Shown here piece after piece: positions 13,714 to 25,570 of a stretch of DNA of 64,000 bases. Below the pieces are notes generated by a model that saw only the letters and a list, made by a program, of their open reading frames with translations, was not told where the DNA came from and ran no database searches. Each line of letters begins with the position of its first letter. Position 1 is the stretch's first letter. Origin of the DNA: Eledone cirrhosa. Its lineage: Eukaryota. The position numbers and the translations under genes were made by a program. The stretch lies in contig OZ024742.1 in assembly GCA_964016885.1 (NCBI GenBank), positions 3,968,001 to 4,032,000 on the forward strand. The letters run 5' to 3'.

Positions 13714-15997
13714 CTAGCAGTAAAGCCCGGCGTTGCTCGGGGTCGCTCAGTAGCTGTGTTAAAGTTACAATGTTAAGTATACGTTCAATAGCATTCGCTG
13801 CAGCTCGAACAGTTGCAGTAACAGCCGCATCTCTGCTTTGACGGAGTTTACGTTGAACATCATTCTCTGCAGCTCGCGTAGCTGCTTTTGCCGTTGCATT
13901 TCTTGCAAGCTGAGTTTGACGTTCCACGTGTTTCACTGCAGCACATAAGGATGCAGTTGAAGAAGCATTTCTGGTGCGTCGGAATAAACATTCGTCATAA
14001 TTCTCAGTTGCCTGTGAAGGTGCAATGGAAGCAGCATTTCTGTCCTGTTGACTCAAGCAACGCTCATCGATAGACAGAGCTGTTGTATTCACTGAACACC
14101 CCGCTATTTCAGGCTGTCTAATGCTCGACAACACCTCAGTCAGCCTCCTTCTTTTTGTTATCTGAGACCGCGTCAGTCGTAATAAGGGTGTCCTTTTTTT
14201 TAGGCATCAGGGTGGTGGGCACGATATGACAAAGGAATCTGACCAATGTATCTTAAATATAAAACAATGCGAACAAATAAATTTTGCAAATCATTCAATT
14301 TTGCGAATCAATTCATCTAATGAGGAAAGCACTCAAAATTCTAGAAAATGTCATAGATGCACTATTTACAAAGTCATCTTTACATGAACATGCATGGATT
14401 ACAATTGTTGGTTGATTTCGCTATAGCGTTGGCAGTTAGGCATACTAAACCTTCTATAATCAGAATTTACTATAAGCCAAAAATTAAAAAAACATGGCAG
14501 CTTAATAAATTGCTTGATTTCTTTTTATGTAACTTTTTATCACATTTTCAGTGCATTTCTTAACTGAACATATTTTTGATTAAAGAGCTAGTAAAGGTTT
14601 TCTGGCTGCCCTGTATGTCGAACCGAAATGCGCAAAAATGGGGCATGGTGGAAATAATCTGACTTCTTATTTGGATTGAAATTACTCAGTTTGACTTGAA
14701 TTTGCTATTTTAATTTGAGCAAAACTTTTGTGCTAGCCAAGCGTCCATAGTAATTCACTGCATACCTTCTTTTGCCCCCACCGGTATATACATGAAACCT
14801 AAAACAAACAATCCCTCCATATGTTCGTCAAGATAAAATGAAATTAAAGTAAATTCAGCCTTATAAGACCGTAAAATTAATTTAAGTAGAAGGCCTAACC
14901 GCCAACGCCATAGTGAAATCAACCAACTTATACTGAAAATAATCCAAACGTTTAATAGGGAAAGTTTGCTAACCGTCGTAATAAAAAAATAAATATCAAT
15001 AACTTACGAAGTAATGAACTCGCCGAACTTTTAAAGCGTTGTAGCATACAAAGGCAGTACAGTGCAAATGAAGCTATTAAACAAACTGGAGATTCCAATT
15101 CACTCTACTAAAGATTTACTTAATCGTCTGCACATTCGCTAATCGTCTGCTCATTCCATAAAAGGGAAATAATCGCCTATATCACCTCTCTGCATGACTG
15201 TCTGTCTGCACGCCTATATCACCTCTCTGCATGACTATCTGTCTGCACGCCTATATCACCTCTCTGCACGACTATCTGTCTGCACGCGTATATCACCTCT
15301 CTGCACGACTGTCTGTCTGCACGACTGTCTGTCTGCACGCCTAACGAAATTTACAGATACATATATTTTAAATAAACTTATATAATTTTTGCTTTTTTTT
15401 ACGAAATATTTGCTTGTTTTACGTAGTCTTTAAATAGACTTGTTTTCAAGTAAAAATATTGTTTTAAAAGGCTTTTAAATGGAAATGAAGCAAAACGGAA
15501 GCTTAGTGTTCGAACTGATGAATTTTGCAGGTCAAAATTTTGCTGGCTCGACAACTGTTCGTGTATTGTGTTAATGTCATTTTAAACGCTGAGAAAGCCA
15601 GCGTAAATTTTTTAATTTTTGCCAGCGTAATTTTTTTAATTTTTGCACGCAGAAAATGTAAACAGAACGTAAGACGCTACGCTGAATGTAAACAGAACAA
15701 AGGGAAATCATTTTTTTAATTTTTGCACGCAGAAAATGTAAAGAGAACGTAAGACGCTACGCTGAATGTAAACAGAACAAAGGGAAATATCTGATCACTT
15801 ACGCTCAAAAATCGATACATTATATTCGATTTCGTCAGATAGGGCGGGTCAATCTGAAATATTTTTTTTCCGATGTCTTCGCTAGGGCTCAATGTACAAG
15901 TATAGCAATTTCGGTGCAATTCCGTGAGAGATTCTAAGAGGAGATGTGTGCCAAAAATCGATAGACAGACAGACAACCTCAGTTTTATATATATAGA
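13714..15997 (-). mobile_element. Non-autonomous Helitron retaining the RepHel N-terminus
   Basis: Minus strand begins A|TCTATATATATAAAACTGAGGTTGTCTGTCTGTC and ends with hairpin CCCGAGCAACGCCGGG + CTAG|T. Frameshifted MPKK-RTPLLRLTRSQ start near 14207, followed by an Ala/Arg-rich repeat ORF (13676-14134) like Helitron N-termini. Confidence 0.85.
15174..15342. repeat. 37-bp minisatellite inside the Helitron (plus an 80-bp tandem duplication at ~15631-15790)
   Basis: CGCCTATATCACCTCTCTGCAYGACTRTCTGTCTGCA repeated at 15174, 15211, 15248 and 15285. Confidence 0.9.
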
Positions 15998-16006
15998 TAT
16001 ACAAAC

Positions 16007-16049
<43 letters not shown>

Positions 16050-16073
16050 TGTAAAGGAGTAATATATATATAA

Positions 16074-16140
<67 letters not shown>

Positions 16141-16276
16141 GCAATGATAGAACATTACTTTAAGGGTGCATATACCGGAAATGGTTTCTCTGAGTTAAAA
16201 AGCTGGCAGCCTCGGAGAGATTTCTAAATCTATAGTCGATACTAACAACACATTCACACATATATTATTGTACTTT

Positions 16277-16305
16277 CCTGATTAAGGACTAAAGTCCGAT
16301 ACTTG
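16277..16305 (+). ncRNA. Decayed hammerhead ribozyme remnant
   Basis: CTGATTA-a-GGAC taaa GTCC-GATA; two core substitutions relative to CUGANGA/GAAA. Confidence 0.45.
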
Positions 16306-17136
16306 AAATCTTTTTTGTCTTTCATCTAGGGCGTAAACCTAATAATACTAATTGCTTTTGTATCTCTGTTTATCATTCATTTTATTATATATAAGTTACC
16401 TGTGGCTGTTGTAAGGGTTGCATAACAGGTCCATGCTGGTGTCACAGAAATACCTATAATAAATATGATTGTGTAACTTCTGTCTTAACGTTTATTTCAT
16501 ACATGGTAATTCTGTTAGGTTTGATTGTCACATTTAAATGGATAGATACAACTGACGTGGGGTGCTCTTTTCTGGTTACACTTGTTTATCAATGAGACGT
16601 TACAGTGGACTTATCACAAATAAACAACACAGTAACTAACAACTACACACACACAACCACACACACACACTCACACTCACATATATATATATATATATGG
16701 GGTAAAAAATTATCGTTATAGGTAATTCAGTTAGAGGTTGTGAGTACTCTGCGTCGTGGATAATTTTAAGGTACGGTTTTGTATAACTCAACAAGATGTA
16801 TCCATAGTTAGGCAGCGAGTTCGTGGCAATTCCTATTACTTTTCATGTTAGCACTAAACCCACCACAGAATCCTTATAAGGACACTTACTCACCACCACC
16901 ACAAGCATACTCTGTACTTACATGCTCTCACTTATCCTTATTTATTTATTTATATTTTCCATTTTATTATTTTATTATTTTTTTAATGTATCTTTTCTTA
17001 TCTTATTCTTTTACTTTTTACATCTGTAACTTCTCTACCTATTTATCATATATGTTTTATTATTGATGTCATTGTTTTGATTAAACGCTACTCTTCTATA
17101 TATATCTTGCCTCGAGTTAATTATTTTTATATCTAC

Positions 17137-17247
17137 GTATTCTGATGTGTTGATCAGAGGTAAATAATGTAATGGAGATCGAGTGACGCAACTTCAAGCG
17201 ATTAGCGACCTCTAGACTCACCTGATCAATGAAACAATTGACAATAC
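17137..17247 (+). ncRNA. Decayed type-I hammerhead ribozyme with a large insertion in stem II
   Basis: GTATT-CTGATGT-gTTGATCAG-[64 nt]-CTGATCAAt-GAAA-CAATTG-AC-AATAC. Stems I and II and a palindromic stem III are all present; A9 and U16.1 are mutated. Confidence 0.65.
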
Positions 17248-17329
17248 CTGAAATAAAGCCCCTTATTGGACAGACAATTACTCTTCATTCTTTCACTATA
17301 TATATATATATAGAAGTGGTTACATAACA

Positions 17330-18650
17330 GTTAGTTCACCATACCGAGAACAATTGTTTCACCTTAACGGATCCGCAGCTCGTAAAGGACATGGTTATAC
17401 GGAACAGGAAGGACAACCGTACGAACGCACATACGCAGAAACCGGTCACTTCACACAGGCAATACTAAAAGGCGTGCGAGAGGTGTAAGGGAGATAACTG
17501 CGAAAGTCCGAAAAGTTTCTAGTTGATAAGAAAATTATGATGTTGTAATTCAATCCGGAGCTTTGTAGTTATGCAAGAGGTGTTTCGAGACGTGTGGACA
17601 ACATGTGAGGAATTCATTTCTCGTGTTTAGGCAATCACTATTGCATAATCTCTTTAGAATATTTATTCGTTCATCAATACATAGTCCACACGACGGATTT
17701 CCCCCTGCGTATGGCTTCGACTTAGTGATGGCTTTCCATTGAGTGGAGTAGTCTATACTTGAGTCCTTGAGGGACCATACATGGCTCGCGAGTTTCGTGG
17801 ATGAACGTCTGTGCGGGTACCTAAAGGTCGACAGGTGGTTCAGGAAACGTCCCTTAAATTGGTCCACCGCCATACCCACATATGATTTGACCTCCTGTGG
17901 TTGATTTAGTCGGTTGGAAGTGACCACAGCTTCATAAATTACAGCAGGTGTGTTGCATTGCTGTTGAACGGGACAAGCTTCGGGCTTACAGCAAGAGCAC
18001 CCTTGTGGGGTGTTGCTCCTAGGGCTGTTGGTGATGTGTCCTTCATGTTCTTAGCGCAGGAGTATCATAGTTTTACTTTGTGTCGGTTAAAGGTGGAGCG
18101 GTATTTATGACATATATGAAAGTGTCTATCTAAGAGGGCTAGAAAATCTTTGCCTACATTGGTTTTAACGTTGAGTGAGAAGGGAGGAGAGAACCAGATA
18201 GTTTGTCTATTGTTACGCTTTCTTTTCTTATTGCTGTTGTTGATAGTGGGAGAGTAAGTGATAGGTTGCGAGAAGCCGCTGTTAGCTAACGCCGTGTTAT
18301 AGTAGGGTGCCGCCTTGTCAAAGATAGCCTTATTAGAGGAGAGGTTTGAGAGGTTCTAGTACTGATATTATTTACGAAGTTTCTAAAAACAGTGGGAGGG
18401 TGGCATGGGTCCTTGTGAATGTAATTGAGCTTTTCGTTTAGCTTATGGAAGGGTCTGTGGGTGTGTGTGCGAAGGTCTAAATTAATGTCTAAGAAATCTA
18501 CGCTAGAGAGGTTGGTAGCTACTGTTATCCTAAGTCCTAACTCATTGGAGGTAGAAGTCTTTTTTAAACCGATCGAGGTCGTGACCACCTTTATGGCTCA
18601 ATAAGGTCAGTCAATCGTCGCGGTATATTCCCGTGTGGAAGTCCGGGAAT
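17330..18650 (-). mobile_element. 5'-truncated, decayed Penelope-like element, Naiad-type
   Basis: Minus strand reads GIYRDD*L, VDFLDINLDL, PFHKLNEKLNYIH..SCHPP-like, IWFSPPFSLNVKTNVGKDFL, then VIYEA...YVGMA..FKGRF.NH GIY-YIG and CGLC..E...LNTRNE..CCPH. Confidence 0.9.
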
Positions 18651-18676
18651 CTAACACGTAATATGTCTAAAATAAA

Positions 18677-18736
<60 letters not shown>

Positions 18737-19658
18737 GCATATAAATACGTGTATGTGTGTGTAGGCAACTCAGGCAGAAAGGTAAATACTTAGAAAGCCG
18801 CCCAGTAAATGATGCTACTCTCATCGTTTTAATTGTTAACAATCTCTCATACAATTAAATCAACTATGTAAAACTACAGAACCTCACAAAATACAACAGA
18901 CGCTCAATGTTCACAATTTGAAATTTTATATCCAAGAGGTTTTATCCGTTTTGCATTTAATACTTTTTCTTCTCTTACGAACAAAAATCAATAAATCCAT
19001 GACATTAAATGCCTGGAAGTGCTCTATGTATTATATATCTTAAATAATCTACCTAGTTTCCTTCTGGGCATTGAATTGACCGATATGTTTTATTGAGAAT
19101 TTCGCTGAAACACGATGCAGTAAGTAAATGGTTTGAAATGGTTTGAATTTGCCGATAGAAATCTATCACAGTTCCTGAGATTCTGCTTACTTAGAGCTTA
19201 TTAAGATTCATGTCCCTCACAATTTTCGAATAATTACATTTGATAGCAATTTCAATATCTGTACTTTTTATCTGTGTCACTGGTGATTAATTAGCAAATA
19301 TATCGCCTATAATATTGCAGAACTAATGTCCTGTAGTGATTTACCCTAACATTTCAATAAAATATATAATATATCTTTATACTGTATTTATGCATCAGTT
19401 CAATTAAAACTATGTCTAGCTTTCACACAAATATCTGGGGGCATAAAACAAGGAAATACGTGTTAATTAAATAAACAGAATTGTTATAGATGTCAGAGTA
19501 ACTACGTAGTGATTTTAATTTGGATGTGTGTGCTTTGATTTCAAATCCCAGTGAGAAAAACTTGCCTGCCTTATCGCAAATTTACTCTTCAATAAGATAC
19601 ATATATATATATATGAAAATACATATACATATATACATACATGGAAATACATATACAT

Positions 19659-19688
<30 letters not shown>

Positions 19689-19691
<3 letters not shown>

Positions 19692-19884
19692 GGAAAATGT
19701 TTAACCCCGACGACAGAGCTCAAGCCATTTCGACGGCTATTTCTGGAGTCCAGAAATAGCCGTCGAAACGGCTTGAGCTCTGCCGTCGGGGTTAAACATT
19801 TTCCTATTACCCACTCTACTACCCTAAGTATTGAGTACTCTGGTGCGTTATGGTCCATCTGGTTCCTTACCACACTTCCTTCGT

Positions 19885-19886
<2 letters not shown>
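19689..19886 (+). mobile_element. Short HHR-derived element with a 59-bp-arm palindrome (19689-19807, axis 19748)
   Basis: Arms differ at 2 positions. The right arm reads stem II 3' strand-GAAA-CGGC ttgagctct GCCG-TC-GGGG (3' half of an HHR). (TA)n on both sides; homologous to 23230-23424. Confidence 0.9.
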
Positions 19887-19915
<29 letters not shown>

Positions 19916-20059
19916 TATATAGTTAGAGAAGCAAAAAATTGGTTATTGTGATCCAGTTCTTGGTTAAGAAAGCCAGTTTCATGGATGGTTTCAACGTACG
20001 GTTAGGGGTAACTCCACAAGTTTGTAAGAATTCTGTTAAATCTTGGAGTATAAAGTATA

Positions 20060-20473
20060 AAAGAGAAACCTGTCAATTACATAATGAATGTATGCAGTCT
20101 AACCTGGTTTACCAATGCACAGTGGAATCAGACAACCAGAAATGGTATTACATCGGAGCGACTGGGAATACATTTAAAGCCCGTGGGTATACACACCGTT
20201 ACGCAATGAAACATTCCCAGCACCTTATGTAACTACCCTTGCAAACAAGACCTGGCAACTGAGGGAAAGTAACCATCAATACACCCTGAAGTGGAAAAAA
20301 TTATCGAACGAGCCCCCATATCGGAGTGGTATGAGAAGCTGTCGATTATGCGACCTTGAGCTGTTCCACATCTTAAGTTCGAAGAATAAGTTACTCAACA
20401 ATAAAATCGAAAGATCAATTTATTGTAACCATAGACTCAAAGAGAAGTTTTCGCACTACAAATCGAACCCTTA
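20060..20473 (+). pseudogene. PLE (Naiad-type) GIY-YIG endonuclease fragment
   Basis: CQLHNECMQSNLVYQCTV...YYIGATGNTFKAR..TH, then a frameshifted TTLANKTWQL...W...PY.SG.RSCRLC.LE. Confidence 0.85.
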
Positions 20474-20705
20474 ACCTCTTACTACCAACTGACAAACTGC
20501 ATATACTTAGACTTTATACCCTCTTGTTGTATCTAAGCCCTTTTAATTACCCATAAAACCAATACATATATCCCCCTCTTCTCCCTCAATCCTCTTCTAT
20601 TTCTTCGTTTTCTTCCTTCCTTCCCTCCCCTTCTTGGCTATCTTTTCTTCTCTTCTTTCTCACCCCCTTCTTTGCTTTTCTTTTTGTCATTATTATCTTT
20701 ATCTT

Positions 20706-20860
<155 letters not shown>

Positions 20861-21264
20861 AAAGAATAGAGGTGTAACACACAAGTTATTATATATTGGT
20901 AAACGGAATAGAAAATGCTGACAAATTGTTCACAGTTGAAAAATGGTTTAATTAGGAATAAAAGAGTATTAGTGATTGTATGGGTTAGTATTCAGTTGTG
21001 GTTTTAAGTTTTTAAGTTTTTACCGGTTGCGCATTTCTAAATGCTTTTCAAAAATAATTTTGAGATAGAGTGTCCGTGCTGTTTGCTCTGATCTGATTAG
21101 TTTTGGGAATTCTACCTGTTTTTATGTTAAAAAAGTGGCTCCAGCGTTATTTTTGTGTTGCAAAAATGCTTGTGGTCAAAATAATTTTGATTGGTCGGTA
21201 GAGGTCATGTGAATGTAAAAAGTTGATTTTGCGCCAAGATTGAGAAATGACTCTTTCACAACAA

Positions 21265-21308
<44 letters not shown>

Positions 21309-21377
21309 TAGTAGTAGTAAGGTGTTCGATGCTGCGACAATGGCCAGCAGCGATGTGTGTCAAATGGCTATTAAGAT

Positions 21378-21460
<83 letters not shown>

Positions 21461-21925
21461 GCAGAGTCATTCGAAGGTCAAAAGATATTTTTCAGCTTTT
21501 GTCTTATACGGAGAAGTGCGTGTGTGTGTGTGTATAAGTCTCTTTGTATGTTGATGTACGCGTGTGTATGTGTTTGTGTATATATATATGTGTGTGTGGG
21601 GGGGGGGACCAGTATTTTTTTCCCCCTGGTAAAATGGTGTACATTATTCGATTTTTTTCAGTAAAATCGGTTCTCTTAATAGAACATCAAAAATCTTAAC
21701 AATAAAAGGTGTGAAATGATATTCACTATATATATATACATACATACATATATTCACTACATATATATATATATATACATATATACATACATATATATGC
21801 ACATATATTTTTTTGTATTGCACCATAGAGCATGTGTGTTTACGTGTGTCATTGTGTTTATATGTGGGTAGAGATGTGTGCTGATGTAGGTATGTATGTT
21901 GACGTGTGTATGTTGTGGGTTCGTC

Positions 21926-22135
21926 TTAGGGAGAAGTGTTTAGACGGGGTCCGTATTTGTTAATGAAGTAAGATTCCTTGCTGATGCGCTGGGTGTGGGT
22001 GGCATTATCTTTAAATTTGTAGAGGGGAAAGATTCTGAAGTTGGGATGATTTTGGGCGGCACAGGTATCAATGTGTTCACTCAGCGGTATTTTCCTGTAT
22101 TCCCGTATTTTAATTTGGGATCTATGGACAGTCAT
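21926..22135 (-). pseudogene. PLE GIY-YIG C-terminal fragment
   Basis: MTVHRSQIK..EYRKIPLSEHID.C.....F.IFPLYK......R..KESYFINKYGPRLN is a typical PLE endonuclease tail. Confidence 0.75.
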
Positions 22136-22138
22136 AGT

Positions 22139-23024
22139 TTATTAGCTATCGTCAGCAACGTATACCTTCCTGCCAGATTGTTGAACGTATATACTTACCT
22201 TATGCATATTAACGGCTGAGTAGCCCAATTTGCATATCGAGTGGGTTAATCGGCCTGGTGCACCGAAAACGATAAACGGAAAAAATGAAACGAAATTTCT
22301 TTTCCCACTCTTAGTACGGCTGTTACTTAAATATAAGTATGTACACGTACATACATATATGTATACAGACGTACAGTAGTATGTATATATATACATACAT
22401 GCACACATATATATATATGCACGTATGGATGTTCGGTGAATGTTCGGTGAATCCATACGTGCATATATATATGTGCATGTATATATATATATACATACTA
22501 CTGTACGTCTGTATACATATATGTATGTACGTATACATACTTATATTTAAGTAACAGCCGTACTAAGAGTGGGAAAAGAAATTTCGTTTCATTTTTCCGT
22601 TTATCGTTTTCGCTAGACCCGGCCGATTAACCCACTCGATATGCAAATTGGGCTACTCAGCCGTTAATATGCATAAGGTAAGTATATACGTTCAACAATC
22701 TGGCAGGAAGGTATACGTTGTTGACGATAGCTAATAAGCTTGAAACTAGTACAGCGTTCCTTTGTCAGTGTTGAACAAACGAGCAACGATGGTTGCTAGA
22801 GACTACGGCTTAATACGGGATGTTTGTTTACAAACACACCGAGCATTATAATAAATGTTCGGTGAATCCATACGTGCATATATATATGTGTGCATGTATG
22901 TATATATATATACATACTACTGTACGTCTGTATACATATATGTATGTAAGTGTACATAATTATATTTAAGTAACAGCCGTACTAAGAGTGGGAAATGAAA
23001 TTTCGTTTCATTTTTTCCGTTTAT
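22139..23024. mobile_element. ~415-bp HHR-containing non-coding unit: 1.4 tandem copies (+, 22441-23024) preceded by an inverted ~290-bp copy (22139-22430)
   Basis: TGTTCGGTGAATCCATACGTGC recurs at 22441 and 22856, and TACTAAGAGTGGGAAA at 22561 and 22980. 22139-22430 is the reverse complement of 22451-22737. Confidence 0.88.
22716..22756 (+). ncRNA. Minimal type-I hammerhead ribozyme (U3 variant)
   Basis: CGTTG-TTGACGA-tAGCT aata AGCTt-GAAA-CTAG-TA-CAGCG; the inverted copy at 22139-22160 retains CTGACGA. Confidence 0.8.
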
Positions 23025-23068
<44 letters not shown>

Positions 23069-23181
23069 TTATGGAATAGAATGAAACGAAATTTCATTTC
23101 TCACTCTTAGTACGGCACTTACTCAAATGTAAGTATGTATGTATACGTACATACATATATGTATACAGACGTACAGTAGCA

Positions 23182-23229
<48 letters not shown>

Positions 23230-23232
<3 letters not shown>

Positions 23233-23419
23233 CGAAGGAAATGTGGTAAGGAACCAGGTGGACCATAACGCACCAAAGTACTCAATACTTGAGGTAGTAG
23301 AGTGGGTAATAGGAACCAGTGAGACCCCGACAGCTGAGCTCAAGCCGTTTCGACGGCTAATTCTGGACAGAATTAGCCGTCGAAACGGCTTGAGCTCAGC
23401 TGTCGGGGTCTTACTGGTT

Positions 23420-23424
<5 letters not shown>
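23230..23424 (-). mobile_element. Second copy of the HHR-derived palindromic element (palindrome 23309-23424, 57-bp arms)
   Basis: One mismatch between arms; GAAA-CGGC ttgagctca GCTG-TC-GGGG; tail homologous to 19808-19886; flanked by (TA)n. Confidence 0.9.
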
Positions 23425-23469
<45 letters not shown>

Positions 23470-23623
23470 CATACAGGCACACATATATATATGCACGTAT
23501 CTGTTTACCGAACATTTATTATAATGTTCGCTTTGTTCGTTTGTAAACAAACGAACAGCCTGATTTACGCCGTACAGTGTTCAGTCAACCACGTCACCTT
23601 TTTGTTCAACACTGACACAGGAA

Positions 23624-23664
23624 CGATGTACTAGTTTCAAGCTTGTTAGCTATCGTCAGCACCG
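23624..23664 (-). ncRNA. Minimal type-I hammerhead ribozyme with intact core
   Basis: Minus strand: CGGUG-CUGACGA-uAGCU aaca AGCUu-GAAA-CUAG-UA-CAUCG; GUA cleavage triplet and palindromic stem III. Confidence 0.88.
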
Positions 23665-23757
23665 TATACCTTTCTGCTAGATGGTTGAACGTTCGAAAGT
23701 ATATACTTTCCTTATGAAAATTAACGGCTGAGCAGCCTAATTTGCATATCGAGTGAG

Positions 23758-25215
23758 TTCAGTCGCCTGCCACCCCAACGCCGTAGCCTTTTTCTCAAGA
23801 TACGTGGACGATATCCTCATCCTCACATCTTCCCAAGACACGGCGAACAGAATCTATGAGACGTTCAACAACACGGACGAGAACATTGACTTCAGTGTTG
23901 AACACCCCAACGAAGACGGGTCACTTGCCCTCCTCGACTTCCGAATCAACATCACGGAACAAGGAGGGATCCACTGCAACTTCTACAGAAAGGCAGCCTG
24001 CAGGGACCTATTCGTTCACTACAAGTCCGCCCTCCCTAACAGTGCCAAAAGAGGATACATCATGAGCGAGATCGCGCGAATCAAAAACAGATGCAGCGAT
24101 CCCGCGAGTGGTGTCTCTCATACCAAGCGATTCCTCGAGGTGCTGGAGACGAACGGGTACCCTACCTCGATCACAGACAGAATAGGAGACACCAGACGCA
24201 AGAGACAGAGAAACACCCAGGGCAAGTGCTTGCTTAAAATGCCACACCTGGGCGAGAAAACCACCAACGCTATCCGCAAGGCTATACGGAGGGAGGGCCT
24301 CGACATCCACCTGGCCCACTCGGGCCCCTCCCTGCGAAGATGCCTCTCCAGGAAACCCGAAAAATCTATTGACGCATGCTGCCTCAGAGACTGCCCGATA
24401 CGCCATGCTAACTGTTGCCTACGCACATACGTCGTGTATAAGATAGAATGTGACAGGTGCAAACAATACTACATAGGTAGCACAATTCAACCTTTGCACA
24501 TCCGGATCAAGGAACACACTAATACCAGGGCCTCGTCTTTCCGGAAACACATAGACAAATGCGGAAACAAAGACTGAAGGCCCATTGTCACAATTCTAGC
24601 GACTGAAAGAATCGTCGGCACGTTACGTATCAAGGAAGCACTTTTTAGCAAACGCCTGCAACCGCAAATAAACAACCGATTAGAGAGAAGCGAAATGAAA
24701 TGGCTGGTTTAAGTTAACAAGCGATGCAGCAACACACAACACACGCACACACACACACACACACGCAAACAAGACAACCACACACACACACGCATAAACA
24801 CATTGTAGCATTCCACCATACGAACATACTACACTGCCAATACAGATGAAAAGGCAACAACACACACACACACACACACTCAAGCGAGGCAACAACGCAC
24901 GCGCACACACACACAGTAACATCTAACAAACAGGCAGAGAATGGACTGACAGCTAGCGCCATCCCACTCCCTCATTCGGCCGCTGACCTTTGTACGACCG
25001 ACCCCATTTCACGCGCACGCGCGCTCTGCCGAATACCTCAGATATTCAAATCAGCAAACAGCGAAAGACGCCTTCCGGACTTGTCCGACAGACAACCTTT
25101 TCCCCCACCCCGGAAAAAAAACCCAGTTGATGGATGTGAATCCGAAATATATAGGGACTATTAAATCTCTCCCAAGGTAACTCTCTCCTGTGTTGTTATT
25201 TTTATTTTTATCCTT
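23758..25215 (+). mobile_element. 5'-truncated Penelope-like element, same family as 10585-13660
   Basis: ORF 23753-24577: FFSRYVDDILIL, SVEHP...LALLDF, YRKAACRDLFVHYKSALP, VVYKIECDRCKQYYIGST..LHIRIKEH. The 3' UTR has an HHR remnant GGAT gtga ATCC-GAAA-TATA-TA-GGG (~25132-25156). Confidence 0.93.
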
Positions 25216-25358
25216 TTACTCTTCCCTCCATTCTACATATCTCACACATTTTATACACACCACGCATCTCAACGTACACCCACATACATCTCTCTCTCCA
25301 CCGCCGGACCTTGTTACCCGGAGATTTACCCATTTGCATTGTCGAGGCTTCAAAACGA

Positions 25359-25445
<87 letters not shown>

Positions 25446-25570
25446 TTATCTATATATATCATGTATCTGTGTGTGTGTGTAGTTAATATATACATGTCTA
25501 TCTTTTGCATAAATCTCTGTGATGGTATATTTCGGTATGTCTAATCTGTGGACAAATTTGCTTTTTGTGA

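Larger units (their letters stand above)
23075..23757 (-). mobile_element. Diverged copy of the ~415-bp HHR unit, interrupted by the 23230-23424 insertion
   Basis: Colinear similarity to the reverse complement of 22630-23010 (ATGAAACGAAATTTC, CACTCTTAGTACGGC, TTTGTAAACAAAC, TTAACGGCTGAG, AATTTGCATATCGAGTG). Confidence 0.85.

Noticed and set aside
18605-18630. In-frame TGA in the Naiad-type RT as selenocysteine (some Naiads encode selenoproteins)
   Set aside because: The TGA replaces the Gly of YRDDG, not a Cys; Cys motifs elsewhere use normal codons; the copy is frameshifted.
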